Assembly (NCBI GenBank): GCA_021413845.1
Contig: JAIOPP010000057.1
Location: 81,690-145,689, forward strand
DNA length: 64,000 nt
Direction: 5' to 3'
Source of the DNA: Planctomycetia bacterium
GTDB lineage: Bacteria; Planctomycetota; Planctomycetia; Pirellulales; PNKZ01
In this document: one piece after another, positions 36,937 to 46,422 of the stretch
Numbering within the stretch: the first letter of the stretch is position 1
Layout of the letters: each line of letters begins with the position of its first letter
Made by a program: the position numbers and the translations under genes
Notes under the pieces: model-generated
What the model was told of the DNA's origin: nothing
The model's database searches: none
Seen by the model: only the letters and a program-made list of their open reading frames with translations

Positions 36937-37869
36937 ATGGCTGACCGACCCGAACAATCCGCTTCCGATACGCCGCTGACGTCGGCACCATCGTTGTCGC
37001 CGGCCGCCGCTTACCTAGCGTTAGATGCTTGTCGTCCCGGCTCCGAAGATCTTGATCGCGAGCTACCGCCGGAAACTTCCGCAGCGGTGCGAGCCGCGAT
37101 GCGAGCGGACGAACAGCTAGCCGCGCAATACCGTTCGCTGCAGCAATTCGACCACGTCGTCGCTACCGCATTCAGCGCCGTCTCCGTTCCCACGAATTTG
37201 TTGAACCGGCTCACCGCCGCAATCGCGCAGCAGCAAGCCGAGCAAGAGTTCGAGCAGGTCGCCGCGCGTAGTACCGCTGAAATCGGTGCTGGGGAAATTG
37301 CCGCACCGCTAGAACTTGCCGAGAACGGCGACCGGCAACTTTCGCGACGTCGTTGGCTACGAATTGCCGGCGGCGCCCTCGCGTCGACCGCGGCCGGACT
37401 AAGTTTCTTGTGGTGGCGGCAAGCGACGGAGCGGCCCGACCTCACGCTGGAAGATGTACTCGATCAGACGCTTGCCTACCATCAATCGAGCGACGCACAG
37501 CCCCGCGAGGCCGTTCCCGTTTCTCGTGTTCCCGCTCCGGCCGAATTTCCGATGAGCCGATTGCTCGTCGGTCTTAGAAGCGTGCAGCGGTGGCGGAAGC
37601 TTGACGGCCGTTTCCTGGGCCGCGCCGGTGTCGCTTACGAACTGGCGGGCCCGAATGAAAAGTCGGCGACGCTCTACGTCTTGGCTGCGGAAGGCCGACG
37701 CGGCTCGCCCGACATCCCGTCTCTTCCGGATCAGCCGTTAAACCCTATCACGACCGGCGGCTTCACGTTGGCCGGCTGGCGCGAAGCGGAGCGGATCCAA
37801 CTGCTGGTCGTCGAAGGAGACGCGGAACGCTACCGCGGCTTCCTCACGCATCCCCGCGACGTCGCCTAA
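36937..37869 (+). CDS. Putative anti-sigma factor (single-pass membrane protein)
   Basis: Immediately downstream of the ECF sigma gene. Cytoplasmic N-domain, TM WLRIAGGALASTAAGLSFLWW, and a periplasmic C-domain. No recognisable zinc-binding HxxxCxxC motif. Confidence 0.55.
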   Translation: MADRPEQSASDTPLTSAPSLSPAAAYLALDACRPGSEDLDRELPPETSAAVRAAMRADEQLAAQYRSLQQFDHVVATAFSAVSVPTNLLNRLTAAIAQQQAEQEFEQVAARSTAEIGAGEIAAPLELAENGDRQLSRRRWLRIAGGALASTAAGLSFLWWRQATERPDLTLEDVLDQTLAYHQSSDAQPREAVPVSRVPAPAEFPMSRLLVGLRSVQRWRKLDGRFLGRAGVAYELAGPNEKSATLYVLAAEGRRGSPDIPSLPDQPLNPITTGGFTLAGWREAERIQLLVVEGDAERYRGFLTHPRDVA

Positions 37870-37912
37870 CGTAGCAAGCACGCTTCGCGCGTGCCCGCGG
37901 CTTAGTTGCACG

Positions 37913-37945
37913 GCCTTGCCGGCAAGGCTCGCGTCTTCGTTACTT
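37913..37945 (+). terminator. Hairpin (gccttgcc/ggcaaggc) plus a T-rich tail after the anti-sigma gene
   Basis: 16-nt palindrome at 37913-37928 followed by tcgcgtcttcgttactt. A second small hairpin (gcacgc ttcgc gcgtgc) lies at ~37877-37893. Confidence 0.35.
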
Positions 37946-38080
37946 CCGGTATAAACGGAAAAGTTTCTCAACCCTGTCGGGTGCGCCGGCCGAATCGGAT
38001 TGTAGGCGCGAGTATCCCGTCGACCGACGGCCGCGCCGAAAGAGCTTTACGTCGGCAGGTCGATCTCGGGGGAAACTCAG

Positions 38081-38824
38081 ATGAAAGTCGTCTACTCGTT
38101 GTTCGCGTCGCTTGTCGTCGGTGCGATCGTGCTTCCGATGTCGCTGGCGCAAACCCCAAACACGACACCTCTCCGCTATCCTTCGATGGCGCAGTCGACG
38201 ATCGAGGTGAAGACGGCCCGCTCGGCCGCTCCCACGCCGACCCCAAAGCCTGCGAGCACGGGAACGGCGAGTAAGGGCACTCTACCTACTGGGACGCCGA
38301 CCACGATCACTGCGCCGAGCATCCCGGTAGTGAGCACCCCGGCACCAAGTTCTCCGACTCCGAGCACTCCGGTAAGTAATTCACGGATCGTAACCGAGAC
38401 GCGCCCAACGACGACGCTTCCGACGAACACTTACACGCTTCCACCACACGAGACGGCCACGACGCCGATCGTCCTCGGGCCGACACAGCATGTGCCGTTG
38501 TCGCTCGGGGCGCTGACGCCGACCCCTGAGATGTGGTTCTACGAACAAATGCGGCAAGATTATAACAATCCGCAACTACAGGTACGCCGCAACTCCGAGC
38601 GAGCCGCCGCAGAGCGCAAGGCGCGTATCGCTTCCTGCGAATGGTACGGCGTAAGCCCTTCGCGTCCGATGGCGTATACGACGCCGCACATGTACCACTA
38701 CTCGCCGACCTGGGCTTCGAATTCGCGCCGCCCTTATTACTGGGGCGGCACGCCGACGACGGCCATCTCGATCGATGCTCGGCAAGTTCCGGCCATGGGC
38801 GTTTCCGGAATCGGTACTTGGTAG
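38081..38824 (+). CDS. Secreted Thr/Pro-rich protein, unknown function
   Basis: Signal peptide MKVVYSLFASLVVGAIVLPMSLA. Long T/P/S low-complexity region. Tyr/Trp-rich C-terminal domain. Confidence 0.6.
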   Translation: MKVVYSLFASLVVGAIVLPMSLAQTPNTTPLRYPSMAQSTIEVKTARSAAPTPTPKPASTGTASKGTLPTGTPTTITAPSIPVVSTPAPSSPTPSTPVSNSRIVTETRPTTTLPTNTYTLPPHETATTPIVLGPTQHVPLSLGALTPTPEMWFYEQMRQDYNNPQLQVRRNSERAAAERKARIASCEWYGVSPSRPMAYTTPHMYHYSPTWASNSRRPYYWGGTPTTAISIDARQVPAMGVSGIGTW

Positions 38825-38912
38825 AGTCGTCGGGAGTTGCCGGCCGAGCGTCGGTAGTTCATCTTAAGCGTTTCCGCTTCGGCGATTCTTTTCGCCGCAT
38901 CGCAACGTCGAG

Positions 38913-40121
38913 ATGATTATGCCGCCGCTAGAATTCTCCGCTCGTCGCTACGACACGCTTGAGTTCGTCACCGTCTCGATCGATCGAGGCCGCATCAGCC
39001 GCGTTCGTCCGCTCACTGTCGAGCAAATTGCGAACCTCGGGCCGCGAGCCGCACGATTGCCGTGGGTCGCTCCCGGGTTCGTCGACGTGCAGGTGAACGG
39101 TTGGGGAGGGCAAGAGTTCAGCTCTTTCGAGCTCACTCCGGAGCGTGTTGCCGCAGTCACGCGCGAGCATTATCCGTTCGGCGTTACGGGCTACTGCCCG
39201 ACACTCACGACGCAAAGCTACGCTTGCCTCGCGCATGGGCTAAGCACGATCCATTCCGCCTGCGAAACGATTCCGGAAGTGGCTCGGTACGTCGTCGGCA
39301 TCCATCTCGAAGGGCCGTTCTTCTGTACCGAAGACGGCCCGCGCGGCGCGCATCCGAAGGAACATTGCCGCGATCCCGACTTCGACGCTTTTCGTCGGCT
39401 GCAAGATGCGGCCGGCGGGCGGATTCGGATTCTCACGATGTCGTGCGAGTTCCCCGACTCGGCAGAGTTCATCGCGCGCGTAAGCGAGACCGGCGTTTGC
39501 GTGGCGATCGGCCATACGGGCGCCGATGGGGCGCAGATCCGCGCCGCCGTCGATGCGGGAGCGAAGCTCAGCACGCATCTCGGAAACGGCGCACATCGCA
39601 TGCTCCGACGACATCCCAACTATCTCTGGGACCAACTCGCGGAAGATCGCCTGACGGCGAGCCTTATCGTCGATGGGCATCACCTGCCGGGCGAGGTCGT
39701 GAAGTCGATGGTGCGCGCGAAGACGCCCGAGCGCGTCATTCTTGTCAGCGACGTTTCAGGGCTCGCAGGGCTTCCAGCCGGTCGCTACCAATCAAGCGGC
39801 TGCGAGCTTGAGATTCTCGCCGACGGCCGGCTCGTCATCGCCGGGCAAGATCAACTACTGGCCGGCGCATCGCTTCCGATCGGGTTCGGCATTGCGAACG
39901 TCATGCGGTTCGCAGGAGTAGATCTGCAGACGGCGGTGACGATGGCCTCGACAGGTCCGGCCCGCCTCATCGACGCTCCGCACGGCGGACTGCGCCCCGG
40001 CGATCGAGCCGATCTCGCGCTCTTCACGTTGGACGGCGGAAGCACGACCGGAGCAAACCTTTCGCTTAAGGTGCAAGCGACGATCGCCGGCGGAGAGCTT
40101 CTCTTCGGCTCAGTAAGCTGA
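38913..40121 (+). CDS. nagA: N-acetylglucosamine-6-phosphate deacetylase-like amidohydrolase
   Basis: GFVDVQVNGWGG, GIHLEGPF, AIGHTGA, HLGNG, DGHH and the LVSD blocks typical of NagA. Confidence 0.8.
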   Translation: MIMPPLEFSARRYDTLEFVTVSIDRGRISRVRPLTVEQIANLGPRAARLPWVAPGFVDVQVNGWGGQEFSSFELTPERVAAVTREHYPFGVTGYCPTLTTQSYACLAHGLSTIHSACETIPEVARYVVGIHLEGPFFCTEDGPRGAHPKEHCRDPDFDAFRRLQDAAGGRIRILTMSCEFPDSAEFIARVSETGVCVAIGHTGADGAQIRAAVDAGAKLSTHLGNGAHRMLRRHPNYLWDQLAEDRLTASLIVDGHHLPGEVVKSMVRAKTPERVILVSDVSGLAGLPAGRYQSSGCELEILADGRLVIAGQDQLLAGASLPIGFGIANVMRFAGVDLQTAVTMASTGPARLIDAPHGGLRPGDRADLALFTLDGGSTTGANLSLKVQATIAGGELLFGSVS

Positions 40122-40274
40122 AAACTCAGTAAACGAAAAAACTGCTCGAACCTGCTCTTGGCCTCGTCGTGATCTATTGCAACTTCGTTCTTGAAAACGA
40201 TGACGCAAGTTCAGCGAACGAAATCCTATGAGCGATTCGAGCAGCCTATTTCTATAAAATTGTAAACTGCGACC

Positions 40275-40547
40275 TTAGTTTGCAACTTCTACACGGTCGA
40301 TCAGCCGAACGACTCCGGCGACCCGCTTGCAGCGTTGTTGCGAAAGTTGCTTTTCGTAATAAGTCCGCACGGTGCCGCGGAGCGTGACGATTCCATCGAC
40401 CGCATCGACTCGCAATTGGCGAAGCCCCGGCATATTGCTATCGGTGAGAAACGAGACGACTCGACGTCGCAGATCGACGTCACGATCCGATTCGTTTGCT
40501 GCTACGGCAATCACCCCGGCGATCGAACTGCTGTCTGATGAAACCAC
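40275..40547 (-). CDS. BON-domain protein
   Basis: DVDLRRRVVSFLTDSNMPGLRQLRVDAVDGIVTLRGTVRTYYEKQLSQQRCKRVAGVVRLIDRVEV matches the BON pattern (G.V.L.G.V....k..a......v.GV..V.n.i.v). Confidence 0.7.
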   Translation of the reverse strand: MVSSDSSSIAGVIAVAANESDRDVDLRRRVVSFLTDSNMPGLRQLRVDAVDGIVTLRGTVRTYYEKQLSQQRCKRVAGVVRLIDRVEVAN

Positions 40548-40952
40548 TTTTCACACTCCCTAATTCTCGAAGAACCGAACGGTCCCGGCGTCGGTGCCGC
40601 AGACGCGAGCCCTAGTCAAATGCAAAGTGCATACCAAGCCGAGAGGGCAAGCGGTGTTTTCCATCCAGGCCTTTTAAGCCCTATTCGCATCGCAAGCCGA
40701 GCGAACATCTTAGGAACCGATTGTTGAATTCACCTTAGGAAATGAATAGTTCTTGGTGACATGGGTTTGCGCCATTCCAGTGCATCGGCCGCCTGAGCGC
40801 GAGGCAGCCGGCATTGAAAGAGGGTCTGCCGTAAAACCTTACGCAGACGAAACATTTCACGTCGTCTTCGTCGCCACTACCGAGGACGACTTCACCGATC
40901 GACGATTAACCATCGCCGGCTTGAAATCGACCACCGTGCGTCGGGAAAATTC

Positions 40953-42332
40953 TTAGGAGCCGCTCCACGAAAAACCCAGTCCCGACTCGGTGAGACACGA
41001 CGTACCGACCATCCCGTCGGTGACCTTGAACATCGACGGATAGCGATCGCGCCACCCTTCGTTGGCCTTAGGGCAGTATTGCCGGCCGTTCCCCTCGATC
41101 GCTTGCACGGATGGAATACGTGCCGAGAGGCTCGCCGAGTGCAAGAACGAAGCGCCGGGACAAGAGAGATCTTGCACGCAAAGAAACATCCCGTATTTCT
41201 GCGCAGCCGCTCCCATGAGCAGAGCTTCGGTATGCCCCTTACACGCCTTGAGCGCCACGCCGGAATAGCCGAGTTCGCGACAGAGCATCAAGCTTTCGAG
41301 ATCGAGTAGCGACTCATCGATGACGACCGGCTTGATCTTCGCGGCCGCGTGCATCTTATTTTCGGGATGCGCCTTAAGATCGCGGTGCGTCGGTTGCTCG
41401 ATGTAATGCACTCGACGAAAAGCTGCCGGCGACTCCGCTTCGACTCGCGCCAGGAAGTCGAGAATGTATTGCACGTTGCCGCACTTTTCGTTGAAATCTA
41501 AAGAATAATGCCAAGTATCGCAGCCCCGTGCCGCTTGTGCCGGAGTTGAGACCTTCTCGACTTCAACGACTCGCCTTACGTCCCAATCCAAGTCGTCGCC
41601 GTTGAGCTTGATCTTTAAGTGCGTCAACCCGTTGAACGCGATCCACTCCGGCAACGAGTTCGGCAAGCCGTCGTCGAGGCGATTCACGACGTCGGAATCG
41701 GCCAACGGATCCAACGCGCCGACCAAGTGATACAGCGGCATCTGCGGTTTCGGCGTGCGCAGCGTATAGCGATCGAGATACTCGCCGGCGAATTCAGGCG
41801 TGAGATAATGCGCCAAGTCGTGCGACATGAACTCAGGCCCAAGCAGGTTATAGGAATTCGCGCCGAGCGTGCGGCCTTGTGCATCGTGGATCGCCGCTTC
41901 GAGCGGACTTGCGGCGACGAGTTGCGCAAGGCGAGGCATCGGTGCAGCGAGTCCGAGATCTTTGACGACCTCTACGGCGATCTTTGCATGCAACTCACTA
42001 AGAGCGACCGTGATATCGAGCGGATGGCCGAATTCGCGATAACCGCCGGCCTGCTTCGCGAACCGCTCCGCGAATTCGACGAGCGCCCGTTCGGTGTCCG
42101 GTGCCGGAACCGCGCCGGGCCAAGCCCATACGTTTCCCATCGGCATGGAGCCGAACCCTCGACCGCGCTTACCGGCTCGCGTCTCGACATCGACGAACGT
42201 GTGGAATAATGTCACGTCGGTAACGACTCGTCCGCCGAATTTGATCGGCGAACGATACGCAAATCGCTCTACCTTCGTCTCGAGGGAAAGTAGGCGAATA
42301 TCGGCAGGCTTCGACACGGTTGCACTCCGCAC
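40953..42332 (-). CDS. Enolase-superfamily enzyme (mandelate racemase / muconate lactonizing enzyme-like)
   Basis: Catalytic/metal ligand blocks in order: LKIKLNG (KxK), SLDFNE (Asp), YIEQP (Glu), VVIDES (Asp/Glu), ALKACKGH (Lys). Substrate specificity unknown. Confidence 0.75.
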   Translation of the reverse strand: MRSATVSKPADIRLLSLETKVERFAYRSPIKFGGRVVTDVTLFHTFVDVETRAGKRGRGFGSMPMGNVWAWPGAVPAPDTERALVEFAERFAKQAGGYREFGHPLDITVALSELHAKIAVEVVKDLGLAAPMPRLAQLVAASPLEAAIHDAQGRTLGANSYNLLGPEFMSHDLAHYLTPEFAGEYLDRYTLRTPKPQMPLYHLVGALDPLADSDVVNRLDDGLPNSLPEWIAFNGLTHLKIKLNGDDLDWDVRRVVEVEKVSTPAQAARGCDTWHYSLDFNEKCGNVQYILDFLARVEAESPAAFRRVHYIEQPTHRDLKAHPENKMHAAAKIKPVVIDESLLDLESLMLCRELGYSGVALKACKGHTEALLMGAAAQKYGMFLCVQDLSCPGASFLHSASLSARIPSVQAIEGNGRQYCPKANEGWRDRYPSMFKVTDGMVGTSCLTESGLGFSWSGS

Positions 42333-42468
42333 TCGGAAAAAGACGACGACTCGGAGCGTCGTCGAAAAGTGCGACGCTTAAGAGGCGCGAATTCTAGCCG
42401 ATCGCAGAGGCCGGCGAAACCGGCGATGCCGCGCCCTTGTTAAAACGTAAAGGGAGCGAACGATTCGC

Positions 42469-43101
42469 TTAAACTAGATTTTTGCGCACGGCCCAAACCG
42501 CAGCTTGCGTCCGATCGTTCACGCCGATCTTGCGCAGGATGTGCTGCACGTGTTCCTTCACGGTCTCGTAGCTGATCCCGAGCGCTTGGCCGATTTCTTT
42601 GTTCGTGAGGCCATGCGCCAATTGCCGAAGCACTTCCGATTCGCGTTGCGTCAGCGGCACTTCGATTTCGCCAGCCATACGCGGCGTCGCAAGCGCGCCG
42701 GTAACTCGGCGCAACTCTTCGCGCGTCCAAACGTCTTCGCCGGCGGCAGTCTTGCGAATGGCCGCGATCAGGTCGTGACGTGAGGTTGATTTCAAGAGAT
42801 ACCCGTTCGCTCCCAATGCCACGGCCCGAGCCACATAGGTCGGATTATCATAGGTCGAGAGCATCACGATCTTCACTTGCGAGTCGTCGATCCGCAGCCG
42901 GCTCAGCACGGTGAGCCCGTCCATTTCCGGAATGCGGACGTCGAGCAACACGACGTTCGGCTTCCATTTCTTCACCGCGGCGATCGCTTGTTCGCCGGTG
43001 CCGACATCGGCGACGACGGAGATATCCGATTGGGATAACAAGCCGGCGATTCCTAAACGAACCACTTCGTGGTCATCGACGATGAGAACTTTGATGCTCA
43101 T
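42469..43101 (-). CDS. NarL/FixJ-family response regulator (receiver + LuxR-type HTH)
   Basis: VLIVDDHEVVR, VVLLDVRIPEMDG, and the HTH LTQRESEVLRQLAHGLTNKEIGQALGISYETVKEHVQHILRKIG. Confidence 0.92.
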   Translation of the reverse strand: MSIKVLIVDDHEVVRLGIAGLLSQSDISVVADVGTGEQAIAAVKKWKPNVVLLDVRIPEMDGLTVLSRLRIDDSQVKIVMLSTYDNPTYVARAVALGANGYLLKSTSRHDLIAAIRKTAAGEDVWTREELRRVTGALATPRMAGEIEVPLTQRESEVLRQLAHGLTNKEIGQALGISYETVKEHVQHILRKIGVNDRTQAAVWAVRKNLV

Positions 43102-43103
43102 GA

Positions 43104-44369
43104 TTACGTTTCGTTGGTGTCATACGGCGTGGGGTTGGTCGGCAACACGATGTCGATCGACGTCCCCCGTCCCGTCTCGCTCTCGATGCGAATCGTTCCG
43201 TTCAATAGTCGCGTTCGTTCTTCGATTCCTCGCAGACCGTAGCGTTTCGCCTTCCGGTTCCCGATTTCGAAACCGCAACCCCAGTCGCGAACCGTCAAAC
43301 TCAACTGCTGATCTCGTTGTTCGAGCTTCACCGCGGCTCGCTTCGTCGCCGCGTGTCGCACGACGTTGTTCAGAGCTTCCTGCACGATGCGGAAAATCGT
43401 CGATTCGACCACCGCCGGGAAACGACGGGCTTCGAGTTGATGCGTGAATTCGATCTCTAGACCGTCCTTGGCCTCGTGATTCGCGACCAAATAGTCGATC
43501 GCACCGACGACCCCCAACTCATCGATCACGGGAGGGCTTAAGCCGCCTACGAGACGTCGGGCTTCTTCAAGAGCGTCGCGCAATAGCTGCGTGGCGGTTG
43601 TTACGTCTTCGTGTTTCGCGTCGGCTTGAGCGACGTCGCGGGCGTTGCAAGCTTCGAGCCGCAAGAGCGCTCCGGTCATGAGTTGCACGATGCCGTCGTG
43701 CAGATCGTAGGCCGTGAGTGTTCGATCGCGATCTTGCACGGCGATGAGGTGGCGTAAATAAAGCCGTTCGGCAGCCAACGTTTGTTGCATCTGCTTCGTC
43801 GCCGTGTTGTCGCGAAACAACACGACTCCACCAGCCAAGCCGCCTCGTTCATCCTTCACGGGCGCGGCAGTTACCTTGAGCCAGCGCCCTTCGGGAATGC
43901 TTTCATTTCGGACGATCATCTCGACATCGCGCGAACGGAAGCCCCACATAGCGCGGATGAGCGGAAGTTCGTCGTGCGGAAACTGCGTCTGACCGTCGGG
44001 TAGGAAAAGGCCGTAGGCCTCGGAAAGGTCGGGGACTTGTCCTTCGGCAATTCCTCGGCCGAGAATCTGCTCGCCCGCCGGATTGAATTGCGTGAAACGA
44101 CCCGTTTGATCGACTGCCGCAAGTCCATCGGCTAGACTGTCGAGGATCGATTGAAGCAGGTCTGCTTTTCGTTGCAGGGCTGCCGAAGAATGCGAATCGT
44201 CGGCTTGCTTCGCGTCGCTAAGCTGCTTTATTTCGCTCGAAACGGACGCCGTGCCGATGGGCGGAGAATGAAGCTTCGTAGAATCGGTGGGCAACGTGCT
44301 ACTCACGCTCGCGCTCCGCACGATCGAAGATTTCGACAGGTCGTTCGTTCCGTTGGCAGGCATGGGCAA
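43104..44369 (-). CDS. Sensor histidine kinase (PAS + HisKA_3 + HATPase_c)
   Basis: PAS-like region, H-box AYDLHDGIVQLM, N-box EALNNVVRHA, G-box VRDWGCGF. 2-nt gap to the downstream response regulator. Confidence 0.9.
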   Translation of the reverse strand: MPMPANGTNDLSKSSIVRSASVSSTLPTDSTKLHSPPIGTASVSSEIKQLSDAKQADDSHSSAALQRKADLLQSILDSLADGLAAVDQTGRFTQFNPAGEQILGRGIAEGQVPDLSEAYGLFLPDGQTQFPHDELPLIRAMWGFRSRDVEMIVRNESIPEGRWLKVTAAPVKDERGGLAGGVVLFRDNTATKQMQQTLAAERLYLRHLIAVQDRDRTLTAYDLHDGIVQLMTGALLRLEACNARDVAQADAKHEDVTTATQLLRDALEEARRLVGGLSPPVIDELGVVGAIDYLVANHEAKDGLEIEFTHQLEARRFPAVVESTIFRIVQEALNNVVRHAATKRAAVKLEQRDQQLSLTVRDWGCGFEIGNRKAKRYGLRGIEERTRLLNGTIRIESETGRGTSIDIVLPTNPTPYDTNET

Positions 44370-44675
44370 GCCGTGCTAGACGACGATGTCATTGGTAGTG
44401 CCTTGTGCGACATCGCCCTCGCCGAAAAGTGCAGTAAACAGCAATGGTATAAAAACACTACGCCTTGTTGCTGCTATTGAACCCAAGTGAACGCATTTTA
44501 GGCCGCTCAAATAGGTTATGATTTAGCAATAATTCAACGCCCTATAAAAGTGGATTTCCCCATATCTCGCGGGATAGGATCGATCTCTTCTACTCCCCCG
44601 GTCAGATTATAGCCCATTGGTATATCGATGCACTCCCTCACTTAGAGGGGAACACCCCGTCAAGTCCGGAGAACG

Positions 44676-45125
44676 ATGAATAAGGCATTCGTTAAAGAGG
44701 CAGAAGGAAATGGGGGGCGTTGTCCTCGCTGCGGAAGCTTGGGGTTAGGTGTGCCCGCAGTTACCCTCGCGGCATTCGTTCAGACTGAAAGGCGACATGA
44801 AATCTCCGAAACAGCCTACTTCTGCGAGTTTCCGCGCTGCGAAGTGATCTATTTCGATGACTTCGAGCGATTCCTCGTCTCAACCGATTTACTGCGCTCG
44901 GTGTGGCCGAAAGACTCCGACGCCCCGCTCTGTGGCTGCTTCGGACTTAGCGCCGACGACGTGGCCGACGACGTCCGCGAAGGGACCGTTGCTCGAGTGA
45001 AAGCCGCTGTTGCCAAAGCGAATTCAGCGAATACGCACTGCCTCACCATGTCGGCCAAAGGGCGAAATTGCGCTGCCGACATCCAGCGTTATTACTTCAA
45101 GCTTCGCTCGCAGTTCGGCTCGTAA
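44676..45125 (+). CDS. Cys-rich metal-binding protein (CopZ N-terminal zinc/Fe-S domain-like; tentative)
   Basis: CPRCGS ... YFCEFPRCEVIYFDD ... LCGCFGLSADDV ... HCLTMSAKGRNCAADI. The Cys spacing recalls the putative iron-sulfur metallochaperone / zf-CopZ family, from memory and not searched. Confidence 0.45.
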   Translation: MNKAFVKEAEGNGGRCPRCGSLGLGVPAVTLAAFVQTERRHEISETAYFCEFPRCEVIYFDDFERFLVSTDLLRSVWPKDSDAPLCGCFGLSADDVADDVREGTVARVKAAVAKANSANTHCLTMSAKGRNCAADIQRYYFKLRSQFGS

Positions 45126-45260
45126 GCCAACCTCCAAGGCGAAAGCAACGATCCCGTTTCGTCAGACGCAAGTCTTACGATAGAATGTGGATAGAGTGCG
45201 TAATGGTCACGTCTTAGTCATCCGTGCCGTTCACACAATCCACTAGGTACCGAGGCGCTT

Positions 45261-45533
45261 ATGTCGCAAGCCATCGTCAATCCGGCCGATGTTCGCCGGT
45301 TTGCCAATAACTTGAAGGTGTTCTGTAGCGAACTCCAATCGCAAACCTCGTTGCTGCGAGCACAAATGGGCAGCCTCGGGCAAACGTGGCGCGACCAGGA
45401 GCACGAAAAGTTCGTGCAGGAATTCGATCAGACGATGCAGGTCGTCGGACGTTTCCTCGAGTCTTCGAGTCAACACATTCCGTTTTTGCTCCGCAAAGCC
45501 GAGCGCGTCGAAGAATATCTCCAACAGCGGTAG
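45261..45533 (+). CDS. WXG100-like small helical protein (W43-R-D45 variant)
   Basis: 90 aa. MSQAIVNPADVRRFANNLKVF...LGQTWRDQEHEKFVQEF... has a WXG100-like N-terminal pattern and a central Trp at the same position as ESAT-6 W43. Predicted helix-turn-helix. GAGG RBS. Confidence 0.6.
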   Translation: MSQAIVNPADVRRFANNLKVFCSELQSQTSLLRAQMGSLGQTWRDQEHEKFVQEFDQTMQVVGRFLESSSQHIPFLLRKAERVEEYLQQR

Positions 45534-45542
45534 ACGCGCAGC

Positions 45543-46175
45543 ATGGATTCACAGGCACGCGTCGGCTCGGTCGACGCCTTTCGAGATTTTCGGGCCGTCT
45601 ATTCCAAGTTCGGCGATGCCGCGCGCAATGCGCTTCTCGCGGCCGAGTTGGAAATTCGTCGCATGCTCGACTGGCTTGAGAAGGATCAAGTCGGCTATTG
45701 GAAAAACGAGATTCGGCGACGCGAAGAAAAGGTCAACGAAGCCCATGGGGCGCTGCATCGTAAACGCATCACCGCCACGTTCGGCAACGTAGCTTCCGAC
45801 TCGGAAGAAATATTGATGCTGCGTCGCGCGCAAGCCAAGCTCGCTGAGGCCCAAGAGAAATTGAAACTCGTCAAGCAGTGGTACATCACGGTCGAGCAAG
45901 AAGTTCAGGAATACCGTGGCCCCGTCGCCCAATTGAATAACCTGCTCGACTCGAGCGTGCCGGCCGCGCTGTCGTCGCTCGATCGGATGACCGACATCAT
46001 CGAGTCGTATCTCGCGATCGCAACGCCGGGCGCGAGCGTCACCGGCCTCTCACTGACCGGCTCGGAAACGACATCGGCGAACCTTTCTACGGGACCGACC
46101 GCGAAAAACGCAGAGACGTCGGCGACCGAAGGCGTCGCTCCGATAGCTCGCGATGCAGGAGCACAAGCACCGTGA
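45543..46175 (+). CDS. Hypothetical all-helical protein (210 aa) in the WXG100/FtsK-like operon
   Basis: 9-nt gap upstream and a GTGA overlap downstream. Coiled-coil-like sequence (EIRRREEKVNEAHGAL, RRAQAKLAEAQEKLKLVKQW). Disordered Thr/Ala-rich tail. Confidence 0.6.
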   Translation: MDSQARVGSVDAFRDFRAVYSKFGDAARNALLAAELEIRRMLDWLEKDQVGYWKNEIRRREEKVNEAHGALHRKRITATFGNVASDSEEILMLRRAQAKLAEAQEKLKLVKQWYITVEQEVQEYRGPVAQLNNLLDSSVPAALSSLDRMTDIIESYLAIATPGASVTGLSLTGSETTSANLSTGPTAKNAETSATEGVAPIARDAGAQAP

Positions 46176-46405
46176 AACAGGGAGATCTTACCCCCGTCGT
46201 CGGATCGCTTCGCTTCGCGATCAAAGACTTACGCGCCAAATGGGACGAGACGAAAGAGATCTGGAGCGACGACGTCGCCCGACGCTTCGAGGAAACGCAT
46301 GTTGCGCCGCTCGACGAGCCGGTCGAAACGGCATTGAAGGCGATCGAGCGGCTCGGGCTGACCCTCGTAAAAGCGTACGACGCTTGCTCGCCCGATCGAC
46401 AATGA
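46172..46405 (+). CDS. Second WXG100-like small helical protein (W31-S-D33)
   Basis: 77 aa. ...TKEIWSDDVARRFEETH... shares W-x-D-x5-F-x-E with the 90-aa protein. The GTG start overlaps the upstream stop. Confidence 0.55.
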   Translation: MKQGDLTPVVGSLRFAIKDLRAKWDETKEIWSDDVARRFEETHVAPLDEPVETALKAIERLGLTLVKAYDACSPDRQ

Positions 46406-46422
46406 CCGAAGCTCGAACCTGA

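Noticed and set aside
39062-39811. 249-aa out-of-frame plus-strand ORF inside nagA
   Set aside because: Arg-rich frame-shifted reading of a gene whose main frame shows the amidohydrolase motifs.
40753-40956. 67-aa plus-strand ORF in the 405-bp gap between the BON-domain and enolase-superfamily genes
   Set aside because: No RBS and no motif. Its stop overlaps the end of the convergent enolase-superfamily gene. It probably lies in that gene's 3-prime region, which also holds a weak hairpin at ~40815-40845.
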